Shown here in pieces: positions 16,351-30,938 of a DNA stretch of 64,000 nucleotides. The position numbers and the translations under genes were made by a program. Each line of letters opens with the position of its first letter. Position 1 is the stretch's first letter. The notes under the pieces were generated by a model. It had not been told where the DNA came from. It saw only the letters and a program-made list of their open reading frames with translations, and did no database searches. The DNA is taken from NCBI RefSeq assembly GCF_009914755.1, contig NC_060937.1. One strand, 5' to 3'. This stretch comes from the human T2T-CHM13v2.0 reference genome, Homo sapiens.

Positions 16351-18839
16351 TTTGCTTCAATTAAAATTCTGATGGGAAATGGGTGTGAATTTATAACACA
16401 GGAACTGGATACTGTTCATTTATTGATAAAGTGGAAATGGCAGATATATTTCATTAAGCTAGTTTAGTATTCTGGATATCACAGTTGCTAGTAGTGATGC
16501 TCATGCTACTCTTACTTAGGCAAGTGGTTCAGTGGCCCTTGGATGGGGAATGAAATAAGAATTTGGTGCAATTTTCTCTGTATAATGAAAGTAAGACAGC
16601 TAAGTTACTTTTTGAAATACAAACTTTGTTACATATACCTTGTCGATTCCAAATATTTGTTTGCTGAATTTAATGACATTTTATTTAATTTTATTTTTTG
16701 GAAACCTGGGCTTGATACCTCATTGTCTGCCAAAGATCAGATGTCCTCAATGTAACATTCAGCGAGCAGAACCAAAATATACTTTGAATATACTTTGAAA
16801 CCTTGTTATAAAAGATTAATGAACTTTCATTCAATGGGTACTTTTTTTCTTCCTTCAAATTTTCACATGACTGATAACTTATCAATGTGTATTGTATGTT
16901 ACAAATGAACTTGTCAGAAAAGGAATTATAGATGTCCAGGAACCAGAGATAACCTTGAGACTCATTTCCTATGCCCCACCCTGGATAATGTACAGAATGT
17001 TCTTTTCTTAGGGAAAAATGTTCATTATTGTCAGAAAATGATTATTATAATACATTAGTCTCAGAGTTATTGGGGTTTTATATATTGTAAGGTTTATTGT
17101 GCTTTTATAGTATACAAAGATATACAGGAATATATGGGATACAACCGCAATAAGTACAACATGAGAAGTTGCCATTTTGCTCTTGATGTTATGAGAATAT
17201 CATGTTTGACGACATGCTTGTAATGGAAATGGAAGGGTCATGATTCAGATAATCTTCAAAGGGGCTTGAATGGTAAAATATTTGATAAATTCTTATTGCA
17301 CTTGGCAAAAACAAACATCTTCCACCCAGAACAATTTCATATATACTATTTAAAAATATCTCCTGTTTTTCTGAAGTTGACAGTTAACATTTTATGTAGC
17401 ATGTGAACCAACTTTTCTTCAAACAAGAATTCAAGTTGTTAAACAGCTGTCGTTGTAAGAAATTTTTACCAACAAAATCATTGGTAGAAGTAATTCATGG
17501 GGATAAAGTAAGGAAGAAAAAATTTACCAAAACTGAGACTAAGTTAGATTAGAAGACTTTCATCTTATTCAATGAGTCCAATCTTGAGATGCTTATAAAA
17601 AGAAAAAAAAAATGAGGACAGTCTCAAAACATCCGTAGCACTGGACGTGTAATGTTAAAGAGAGAATTGTGAGACCAAGGCATAAAAGAAGAAGAAGAAG
17701 GAAGCCTGGGATTTCAGATCTCCTAAACACCATGGCTGCTCCACAATTTCTGAAGAAATTGTGAGTCCTTTCCACATAGCTTAGTTTTGTCAACTCTCAA
17801 AGCTACTTTTGTATAATGCTTTTCATATGATATAGGAAAACATCAATCATATATCTCAAAAATTCTGGGGAGAGAAGAAGTTGGAGATTATAGCCAGACC
17901 AATTCCTTACTCTTTTCCCCTGTCTGATGCCACCAGGTGCTCCTAGATCCAAATGTCCCCAAAACAGCCTATGTACTTTGTGTCCTATAAGCTGCCCTTC
18001 CATTTTACATACTGATTAATACAAAAATGCAAAAATCTTGCATTGACAAGTTCAGTGCTTCAGGACCATTCTATGAAATAAAATAAGAGACAAATTTACA
18101 ACTTAGGGCATTGGAAATAGGTTCTTGAGAAGGTTAAAATAGACCATGTCAAGTCACAGGCTATGTGGGTCACCACCAGTAAAAACCAAGCAGAGGTGAG
18201 GATGTCCTAGTCTTAAGTGGCTGTAATTGATGATATTTGCCTTGAAATCAATAGGTCCATTTTATGTATATTCACCTGTACCAACCGCAACCAAAAATGT
18301 GGAAGGAAAAATAACTAATAGACTTTTCTTGAAGGGTGTGGTGAGAAGGAATTACAGTGTTTAAATTGAAATGAGATGAAAATCAGTGTTCTCCTACCTG
18401 AATGGGAAAGGTTTTCAAATAAATTTGGTGACTCAAAAAATAAACATTTTTGTTAGACATAGGTTAACTCTTAGATAACAAATAAAATCACTTTCTAATA
18501 GTACAGATTTTTAAAAACTGTCAGTATTCATGAATATTTGCATGAAATTTTTGTTTGTCCTACTTGAATGACTACTTGGAAGGCACCTACAGAAGCGTCC
18601 ACCAAAAGCTCACAGATGCTGCCATTCACAAGTAGCTTTGAAAATAAACATGAAATAACAATTACAGTTTGGGCTCTGTTAATTAGAAAGTTGGTGGGCT
18701 TATTTTAATAGGCCAAGGATGCTGAATATGTCAAAGCACAGTATTAAAAACTTTTAAATATCTTTTACTATATATAACTTACTATGCTTAATTAACTACC
18801 TCTTTCTCCTTTTGGGGGGCCTCTTATGCCCAAGATACT

Positions 18840-19310
18840 GTACACAAAGGAGTACAATGTCATGATCAAAAACCTAGCCTCCATAGACAAACCACTCTGC
18901 TTGTGTGACCTTCAGCAAGGTACTTAACCTCTCTGAACCTCAGTTTCTTCATCTGTAAAATGAGGATAACAGTACCTATTTAAAGAGTTGTTGTTAATAT
19001 TCAAAGTTTTAATGTACTTAAAAATAGACTTAAAATTAGCTATAAGAGGACTGGCAGATATAAGCTTTAAATAAATAAGTGCTACAAAGCATACAGTAAT
19101 TGCATTTTTCTCTTCATATATGGTTTTTTAGTTTTTAATGAATGTTTTCATATATACTATTAATTATAAAATTCCTGTGAAATATTCATTGTTACCCTAT
19201 TTTTCGCATATGGGAACTGAGCAAAAGAGGTTGTTCAAGGCCACTCCACCAATAAGAGCCAAATTTGGAAGGAGAGTGCAGGTCTCACAGCTGCTGCTCC
19301 AGGATGCAAC
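18840..19310. mobile_element. Two MIR elements
   Basis: acttaacctctctgaacctcagtttcttcatctgtaaaatgagg, and an opposite-orientation core ttttcgcatatgggaactgagc. Confidence 0.8.
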
Positions 19311-19367
19311 CCATTGTGTTGCACTGTCCCTTGATAATTGGATTTTAATCAGGTCTGTGGATAAGTC

Positions 19368-19396
19368 TCACACACACACACACACACACACACACA
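19368..19396. repeat. (CA)n microsatellite
   Basis: Direct read. Confidence 0.95.
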
Positions 19397-20899
19397 TGCA
19401 AAACAGAACTTTGGATAAGATACAAGAAAAATGATCTCACCAAGAATGTACTTTAGTGAGAGGAAGCAGTTACTTCAACATAGACAAAGGCGAACAGCAG
19501 ACAAGGAGGAAGCAATTAAATAGAAGGAGTCCACTAGTTTGTTTCATTTTATTTATCATTATATTGAGCATAGTGTCATTCAGAGGCTACCAGAAAGACC
19601 CCCACCTTTGAGCCTATGCTAAGGGGATCCTGGAAGCCTTCGCCAGGGTGGCTGAGCCACTGCTGTGAGGTGAGCAGAGCCTCAGACCCTGACACCCTCA
19701 GGGAGAAAGTAAGGGAGTGACTGTCAATAATTAAACCATCTGTAACCCTTTATATTGTTTTGGTTCTCAGAAACAAATCAAGGACACCACACATAGAATG
19801 TAAATTGGCCTTTGTAGTCTTGCCCCCTGGTATAATTAGCAGATGCTCTTTCTTAATGCAGGCCAGTTCAGGGGAAATCTATTTGCATAATGAAACACAC
19901 TATTTCCATGTACACTGAAACTCAACTTCTTCAAGTTTCTACATTCTTCTTGTGGGGACTACTTGGAAAAGAAGTATTTTATTATTGTGCATCCCCAGAA
20001 TAGAATCTCTAGACCTGGGAATCCCCAAAATATAGTAGGGATAAAGAACCATTTTTAAAAATATCAGCAAATGAAAGAGAAATGTATTAAGTGTTGTAAG
20101 CGATCCTAAAGGATAGCTAAGAATCTTAAAGGATTCTTTGCTTTGATATGCAATCATGGAACACTGATAGCATGAGTGAAAAAATGTAACTTTAATAAAT
20201 ATGGTGTCTTTGGAAGAACAAATGTTTCAAAATGAGGCATATAGAGGAGAGGGGAAGAGAGAGAGAAAGAGAGAAGAAATATTAAAAATATTTTCTTAGT
20301 AGATAAAGGGAGGTCAGAGAAGTGATTTTCAGGTAGAAGAGATAAAAAGAGATGAGGGCTTAGGGAACCATAAAGGAGGAAATGGTATAAGAATGAGGGC
20401 GTTGTCGCAAAGACTTGTCAAGGTCTGGAAAATGTTTCAGTGTAACTATAGAAGAGAGAGATGTTAAATTTTGCTTGACTACCTAAATCTTCTCTTGCTT
20501 CATCTGCCAAAGTACGCTTCACTGGAAAAGATGGGAGACCTTTCTAGCAGGTCTTCTACAGGATTTCTTTGCAATAAAAATATACAGAAGTAGCACACAT
20601 GTCCACCTGTAAGCTGGCAAATTGCCAATTAGTAGAAAGTCTATAAGTAAATTTAGCTAAATATAAAAGAGTACAACTTAAAGTACAATACATTCAAGTT
20701 AAGAATATAAAACTAATATATTGTTTAATAGTAGCTATGATGAGATTATCATAGCCCAGGTGGTACTATTGAAATATTGAGAGTAAGATGTGTGTCCATG
20801 TTTAATGTTGTATACAGTAGGATTTTTATTAAAAACAAAAAAACTAAAAAACCTGTAGGCAACTTAAATTTTAAAACATAGATAAAATAGATACATATA

Positions 20900-23010
<2,111 letters not shown>

Positions 23011-23926
23011 TTACTCAAATTGGCCCCAGTAGAGAGAATATCTAAAGACAGCAATTGCCATAGAAGAAAAGGGGAAGCAGCTAACAAGCTCCATCACAAT
23101 AAAAGCTTTAGACTTTGATGGCTTCACAAACTTCTTACTTCATTCTCTAAAGTGCACGTTAAACATCATATAATCTCAATGCACCTTAAGTCTTTCCAGT
23201 CCAGGGGAAAAGAGGTTAAACTTTTATTTTTATAAAATCAGCAAAATATTTTCTTCTATAACCTGACAGATTCAATGAAAAAAGAAAACTGCAGACCGAT
23301 CCCATTTATAAATATCTGCATTAAAATCTTAGATCAATTACTAGCAAATAGATTTATTTAAAAACTCTATACATTATGACCAAGTAAGCTTTATTCTAGG
23401 AATTGAAGAGTCGTTAAATATCAGGAAGTCCCATTAATGAAATCTAACACATTAGAGTTAAGATAAAACACCTCATGCTTATATCTGCTTATATAGACAC
23501 AGAAAAGGCATTTGACAAAATTCAAAATCTATCATGTTTTAAAAAAGTAAAAGGATCGAATAAGGTTGGAATTGATGGATTAAGTCCTTAATTCAGCAGT
23601 ATATGTTATATAACTTCTATTCTAATAACCATCACTTTATTTCACAGGGGAATATTTCTTGCAAAATTTATAACAAGACCAGATATGTGTTTACTTATAT
23701 CATAGATAAAAAGTCAATGTCTTTTTATATAAATAGCTTCTAAAATACAGAAGAGGCCAGTAATCCTATAGAAAATGACCTGATTCTAAGCTAGTTTGTC
23801 ATTAAAATAATAATAGATTAAAATAAAATGATTTTCTGTAATTCTAAAATGAGCTATAGAATATGAGCAGAGTGAATTGATAAGTTTAAATATTTGTGAA
23901 TAATGTGAAAAAAATGCTTAGTCTCA

Positions 23927-24337
<411 letters not shown>

Positions 24338-24497
24338 TCAATAAAAAATAAAAGGCTTATGCTCAAAGCTGTTTGATACAGCACTATTTCAAAAGCAAAA
24401 AGCTAAAGAGAAAAAATTCTATATGTAGGGGACTGCTGGAATAAAATATAGTGGACCCAAGCAATGAAATACCATGCGGCTATAAAAAGGAATGAGG

Positions 24498-24815
24498 GGC
24501 CAGGTGCCATGGCTCATGTCACTAATCTGAGCATTTTAGAAGGCTGATGTGGGAGGATCACTTGAGGATAGGAGTTCAAGACCAGCCTGGGCAACAAAGT
24601 GAGGCTCTATGTCTACAATAAAAAAAGTATTAAAATGAAAAAAATGGGCATGGTTGCATGCACCTCTAGATCTAGCTACTTGGGTGGCTGAGGTGGGAGG
24701 ATTGCTGGAACCCAGGAGTTCAAGGTTACAGTGAGCTATGATCATGCCACTGCACTCCAACCTGGGAGACAGGACGAGACTCCATTGTTAACTGAAAAAA
24801 ATTAAAAAGTAAAAT
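24498..24815 (+). mobile_element. AluJ with TSD
   Basis: AluJ diagnostics (gggaggattgc, gtgagctatgatc); perfect TSD aaaggaatgagg at 24486-24497 and 24816-24827. Confidence 0.95.
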
Positions 24816-25539
24816 AAAGGAATGAGGAATATCTCTATATACTGCCATGAAGTTTCCCAATAATATATTAAGTATCTGTCACACACAGACAGGTTTAGAG
24901 ATTTGCCAGTTTGGTTTGGAGCAGGAAGGTAGACAGAAAGGAAGATCCACAGAATAAAAGAGCACTTGATATGGTAGATGGACGATTTAGAACTAACAGT
25001 ATTTGATTAATATATATGGCAAGAGCAAGAAAAAGTCTGAAGCACAAAAGCAAATAGAATCATAGTAACTTTCTGACTGTTTAATCAATTATTGTATTTA
25101 CATAGACTTATTAATGTAAGGCTTAACTGTTTAATGAGATATGATGATATATCTAAAATGGGAAGGCAGGATATAGTGCAAGGAGGGTAAGTCCTTTTCT
25201 CATCTAAAGGTAAGTCAATACATGATGTCTGAAACTAACCAATCAAGAAATAGCTACATAAGCAAGTACTATGGAAATGTAGAGGCAACTACGAAAACAG
25301 AAACCTTTGCTTCTATTGATTTGGGTTGAGTTACATATGCTTTTCAGCACCATGTAAATTTTTCCAAAAAATCAAGTGAAAGTATTACATGGATTAAAAA
25401 GATAGAAAAACAGTACTTTTTTTTAAAAGATGTTCAGAAACGTTTTCCTAAGTTCATTTAAAATGAAGTGCACTAGGCTACAGTGGTATCTGACTGGGCA
25501 GAAAATAGAGAAAGAGACAGACTCCAAAAAGACCTGAAG

Positions 25540-25547
25540 TGACGTCA
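25540..25547. promoter_or_regulatory. Perfect CRE palindrome TGACGTCA
   Basis: Motif seen directly with CpG intact in non-repeat DNA; function unproven. Confidence 0.3.
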
Positions 25548-26352
25548 GTTGAGCCTGGAGACCATCACCAGAGCTAGTCCTAAGGGTGAGTCCACAATGA
25601 GTGAAAGGGAGAGGGGGAGCTTTCTGTCAGTTTAAACTACAGCAACAGCATGGAGATTCTCCATTAGTCATTTTTTTCTTGCTCTCCAGTTTTTGATGGT
25701 TCAGATGTCTCTAGGGTGATACCAATCATTTTATTATATTTCACATAATACCAGCTTAAGAAACAATGTAATGAAAAGTCCATGTGCTATTACTTTCATT
25801 GCCCTGTCAATAAGATCCAGGATTGCCTCCCTCATTCTACTTTTTAAAAATTATTTTCTCAACTTTTCTGATGTGATTCACACTTACTTGGAAGCTTTTG
25901 CTTTTTGGAATTCTTTTAAGAATTATAACCTCTTAATTGTAACTTATACATTTTACAATTTTTGTTTGAAATGAGGAAGATGCTTTTGTAACTATATTTC
26001 AATTTCACAAGTAATTTAGGGTAAAAGACAGCAAGGGATGTTGGTAGTGTTGCATCCAAGTGTCTTCTATTTGTCATGATTGTGTAAACACCTATAATTT
26101 CTCACTTCACTTCTCTAGCCCCTCTGGATGGATATTCAGAGAATGAGGATGAACATTCCTCTGAATACAAAGACTTGGGATATTCTTTCCCTTTAACTGA
26201 GAGAAAGAAAAGCAAACTGAATAGACATGGAAATAATAATTTGCATCACAGACATCCCTTCAGGTCGGCAGTTTGAGTTCACCTTAAGGCAATGCCACTG
26301 ACTGGGGCTTTCCTTGAGTGTGTGTGCTATATCTTAGGCACTGCCATGGCCC

Positions 26353-26944
26353 TGGTTGGGGCTTAGAACATGTCATCCCAAAATATAACACCATGGTCTG
26401 CTGAGTACTTTCAATGGAAGGAAATTGGAAGGGCCTCAGAAGCAAGAATTTCTCTCTGACCTTCTCCTATTCTCCTTTCCCCATTTCTCTACCAAAAGTG
26501 GGTCATAGAAACTAAAACTATTCTCCTTGAAAGCAGGCCATAAAACCTATAAACTTTACTCTCTGGTCTTCTCCCTTTTCCCTTGAGGGTCCTTATGTGA
26601 CAGGTGTCATACCCTATACCTGGAAGAAGGAATGCTGCATAGAGAGGCCCGGAAGAATCTGAAAAAACAGGCCTTACTGGGCTCCTTCAGTTTATCACCA
26701 TTACAACACACCCTTTTTGTCCAATCGTATTTCTATACAGCTGATCCTGCATTGAGTGCAAGCAAAAAACTGTCAAGTTTTCCCTGGATCTTTGGGCTTT
26801 CATTTCTGAAGTCTCCTGTGTCACGTAAAACTTTGTTAAATAAATTTGTTATGCTTTTCTCTTGTAACCTGTCTTTTGTTGTAGGAGTGTCAGGCAAGAC
26901 CCTTGGAATGGGTGGGCAAAAGGTGTTACTATTTCACTTCTACA
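26353..26944 (+). mobile_element. Solo ERV1 LTR (MER34/MER39-like)
   Basis: gttggggcttagaac...cccaaaatat start, aataaa signal, ...ctaca end; 4-bp TSD gccc/gcct. Confidence 0.7.
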
Positions 26945-28257
26945 GCCTCAAGACCTAGCACCATCTCTAGCATATGTTGTATTAATGACGTTAGATGATT
27001 GAATGACTGTTATCTCAATAATTGCCACTGATTTGACTATTTAAGCAGGTCATTTTTTCCCCCTAAATATTCCCCCCGTGCTATACTGAAAGTCACAGAA
27101 CATCATTATTGCAGAAGAATAGCTTTCCTCAGTCAAGGCTAAATAAGTTACAGGAATTGACAGCGAACACCTCCCATTCAAGTTAGAATGAACACTATTT
27201 GGTCTTAGACACATAAATGTTCAGACAAGAGGTTTCCATTTAGAAGAAGCCAACCAATGATGAGTTCAGAAAACATTCTTGTTAACACACTCAAAAATTG
27301 CAATAAAAAATGGAGCATCACCTGAAAATGGTAAACTTTTTAAACAAATAGAACGATATGAGGATAAAGGGATGTTTCTAATTAGATTCCCTTTTCTAAA
27401 ATCTTTCACTTTCCTTACTAGTCTGATGCTCACAGACATAAGGTCAGTGTGATATTTTTGATAACATACGTAGGTCTGCAGAGTTCATAGCACTGCAGAC
27501 TTGGGAAGATTTTACATGTCCAGTGCATGGCCCAGAGGCAGCAGTATTTATTTTAGCCAGTAACAAACATGATAAATGATGTGCCACCCTCCGTCACTAC
27601 TGGTCACTGGAAGTGCTGGCTGACCATCAGCCCAGAGCTCAATTCCCACAGGTTCCCTGCCAAACTATTTGAATAAACCTAGGCAAGTTTACAATTTCTG
27701 CTTTGGCTGAAAAACTTCTTTCACTTGGCAGTCTAAATACATTTCAGAGCGTTTGAGGATGAACTGTTGGTTTCTATGCTTAAATAGTAATTTCAGGTAT
27801 TTTTAAAACATCTTCCTTGAAATATAATTCACATACCATACAATTTTTCCATTGCTTTTAATATATTTACAGACTTGTGTAATCATCACCACAACCAATT
27901 TTCTAATATTTGCATTACTCCAAAAAAATCCTCTGTACCCCCAAATCATCCCACCTCGCCTACTCCTAAGCAAGGACTAATGATTCCCCTTCCCTGTTAG
28001 GTGGGCTGTTTTCATTATCATTTGCTTGTTTATTGATTGGTGACATGGCCAGTCTATTTTAATGAAGTCTATTTCCCTGCAGTGTCTCTCCTAAGTAAGG
28101 CACAGCTTTGGACATTCATAGTTACTTGGGACAACAGTTTTAGCAGGGCTCTCTTTCTCCTTTCCTGATCTCTCTGTTAAGCTGCCTGGCTCATTTGATA
28201 TCACATCCAAATTATCAGCTGATTGCTCTATTGTTTTGGACAATGCCCTGAAGCATA

Positions 28258-28500
28258 CCAAAATGTGTCTGGAATTGGTGGGTTCTTGGTCTTACTGACT
28301 TTAAGAATGAAGTTGCGGACTTTTGCGGTGAGTATTACAGCTTTTAAGGTGGCGCGTCTGGAGTTTGTTCTTTCTGATGTTTGGATGTGTTTGGAATTTC
28401 TTCTTTCTGGTAGGTTTGTGGTCTTGCTGGCTTAGGAGTGAAGCTGCAGACTTTCGTGGTGAGTGTTACAGCTTTTAAGGCAGCGTATCTGGAGTTGTTC
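28258..28500 (-). mobile_element. ERV9/LTR12 U5 fragment plus PBS-edge bases
   Basis: tgtgtctggaattggtgggttcttggtc is the reverse LTR12 3' terminus; two U5 subrepeats (gtgagtRttacagc); preceded by ccaaaa. Confidence 0.92.
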
Positions 28501-28549
28501 ATAAATTGCTCTGTAGCATTATCTGATTAAACCCATGTAGTATTAGTTT

Positions 28550-28873
28550 TATTTCTTGTTTTGTTTTCTTTTGGTTTTTGTTTTGGTTTTTTGAGATAGA
28601 GTCCTGCTCTGTCACCCAGGCTGGAGTGTGGTGGCGTGATCTTGGCTCACTGCAACCTTTGCCTCCTGGGTTCAAGCGATTCCCTTGCCTCAGCCTCCTG
28701 AGTAGCTGGAATTACAAGTGTCCATCACCAGCTAGGCTAATTTTTGTATTCTTAGTAGAGATGGGGTTTCACCATGTTGGCCAGGCTGGTCTCTAATTCT
28801 TGACCTCAGGTGATCCACCTGCCCTGGCCTCCCAAAGTGCTGGGATTACAGGTATGAGCCACCATACCCAGCT
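28550..28873 (-). mobile_element. AluS, antisense
   Basis: Complete Alu with T-rich tail; degenerate TSD tgtagtattagtttt / tgcagtagtagtttt. Confidence 0.96.
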
Positions 28874-29014
28874 GCAGTAGTAGTTTTTAAAGACAGTTTT
28901 TGAGGTTTATGGAGATCCCAGGAGGGCACTTCTTATGTACTTCTTTCTCTTTTTCTGTCTGGTGAACTAGCTGGCCTATGGTTAAACTTTTTGCTGTCAC
29001 TTAAGAAGAGCTAT

Positions 29015-29130
29015 TTGTTTTCGCTGGATATGAAATTCTGGGTTGAAAATTCTTTTCTTTAAGAATGTTGAATATTGGCTCCCACTCTCTTCTAGCTTGT
29101 AGAGTTTCTGCCGAGAGATCCACTGTTAGT
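29015..29130 (-). mobile_element. Isolated young L1PA ORF1 fragment
   Basis: gctggatatgaaattctgggttgaaaattcttttctttaagaatgttgaatattgg...gccgagagatcc is close to the antisense L1PA ORF1 consensus. Confidence 0.88.
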
Positions 29131-29811
29131 ACCCTTATACTTGAACTTCACCATATTCTGTTTAAAATAAAATCAATTCCTTTGGGGGGCATTCAGATGT
29201 CCCTTTTCCTATGGATTCCCCTTTCATTTGGTTAAGATGTCTCAACCCTACTCCAGGCACTGGCTAGAGGAGTTAGCCTCTGGTCCTCCAGACTTTTTGT
29301 CTTGACTCTCCTGGCATGGGGTGCTGCCCAAAGATTGAGTTCATGTCAGGAAAATCAGAACCCCAATCTTCTTGCCAGCCATGCACAGAGTAGACACTCC
29401 ATCCTGACTGAGAGCTGGTGGGAGGAAGATAGCCACCAACCCTTTGGCAACATGCACCTGGAATATATCCTCTTCATGGAGTTGGAGAGGATGAAAAATG
29501 TTAGTGGTTTCCCCCTCCCAATAAAATATGGCAACTCTTGATCAGAAATTGTAAAGAGAAGGAACTCATCTTTTTGACAACTTGGATTGAAGTTTCTGTT
29601 AGGCTGAGCTTAGGGTAAAGAGGGAGAGTGTAGAAGGTGGCTCAAATGTTACAGACTCTCATTGTTCTGAATTTTAGTAGATTTTCTTAAATAGATGTTT
29701 CCTCATTTGCTGTATGCCATTTGGACAATTTCCACAGATTAGAGCAAAACTTCAATGTCTGTTCCAGAAGGAAGTATCATGTTGGATTTTACTGTACAAT
29801 GAAGAAATGGG

Positions 29812-30894
29812 TATTGGGGGAACCTGCCCCCAATATTTCAACGTAGGTTTTTTCTATTTTCCATAAGTGTCGGCCAGCTGAGAAATAAAAAGAGAGACAG
29901 TATAAAGAGAGGAATTTTACAGCTGGGCTGCTGGGGGTGACATCACATATTGGTAGGACCATGATGCCCACCTGAGTTTTGTATTAAGGGTTTCAAACCA
30001 GCAAGTTTTTTCTTAAGGGTTTCAAAAGGGGAGAGGGTGTAATAACAGACAGTAGGTACAAAGATCACATGCTTCAAAGGGCAAAAGGCAGAACAAAGAT
30101 CACATGCTTCGGAGGGAACAGGACAAAGGGCAAAAGCAGAACTACTGATAAGGGTCCAACAAAGATCACAAGGCAAAGGGCAAAAGCAGAATTACTGATA
30201 AGGGTCTATGTTCAGCAGTGCATGTATTGTCTTGATAAACATTTTAAACAACAGAAAACAAGGTGCGAGAGCAGAGAACTGGTCTGACCACAGATTTACC
30301 AGGGCGGAGTTTTTATCCACCCTAGTAAGCCTGAGGGTACTGCAGGAGACCAGGGCATATCTCAGTCCTTATCTCAACCACATCAGGCAGACATTCCCAG
30401 AGTGGCCATTTATAGACCTCCCCCCAGGAATGCATTCCTTCCCCAGGGTATTAATATTATTATTCCTTGCTAGGAAAAGAATTTAGCAACATCTTCCCTA
30501 CTTGCATGTCCGTTTATAGGCTCTCTGCAAGAAGAAAAGTATGGCTTTTTTTGCCCGACCCTGCAGGCAGTCAGGCCTTATGTTTATCTTCCCTTTTTCC
30601 CTAAAAATCACTGTTATTCTGTTCATTTTCAAGGTGCACTGATTTCATATTGTTCAAACACACGTTTTACAAACAATTTGTACAGTTAACATAATTATCA
30701 CAGTGGTCCTCAGGTGACATACATCCTCAGTTTATGAAGATAACAGGATTAAAAGATTAAAGTAAAGACAGGCATAAGAAATTATAAAAGTATTATTTGG
30801 GAACTGATAAATGTCCATGAAATCTTCACAATTTATGTTCCTCTGCCACGGCTCCAGCCATCCCTCCACTTGGGGTCCCTGACTTCCTGCAACA
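29812..30894 (-). mobile_element. MER11 LTR (3' LTR of HERV-K11/HML-8)
   Basis: tattgggggaacctgcccccaatatttcaacgtagg ... ggggtccctgacttcctgcaaca; polypurine tract (tctttccctttcttttt on +) follows immediately. Confidence 0.92.
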
Positions 30895-30938
30895 TCTTTC
30901 CCTTTCTTTTCATATAAATGTGCCATGGCAATGAAGGC

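Larger units (their letters stand above)
27800..29760 (-). mobile_element. Old L1M 3' remnant hosting three younger inserts
   Basis: ttgaaatataattcacataccatacaatt...aatcatcaccac is an antisense L1MB/MC 3' end. Confidence 0.75.

Noticed and set aside
17200-17520. Possible CR1/L3 fossil
   Set aside because: Similarity too weak to support by eye.
19881-19895. Octamer ATTTGCAT with a Sox-like flank
   Set aside because: The Sox half is imperfect and octamers recur elsewhere (10094, 41737), as expected in AT-rich DNA.
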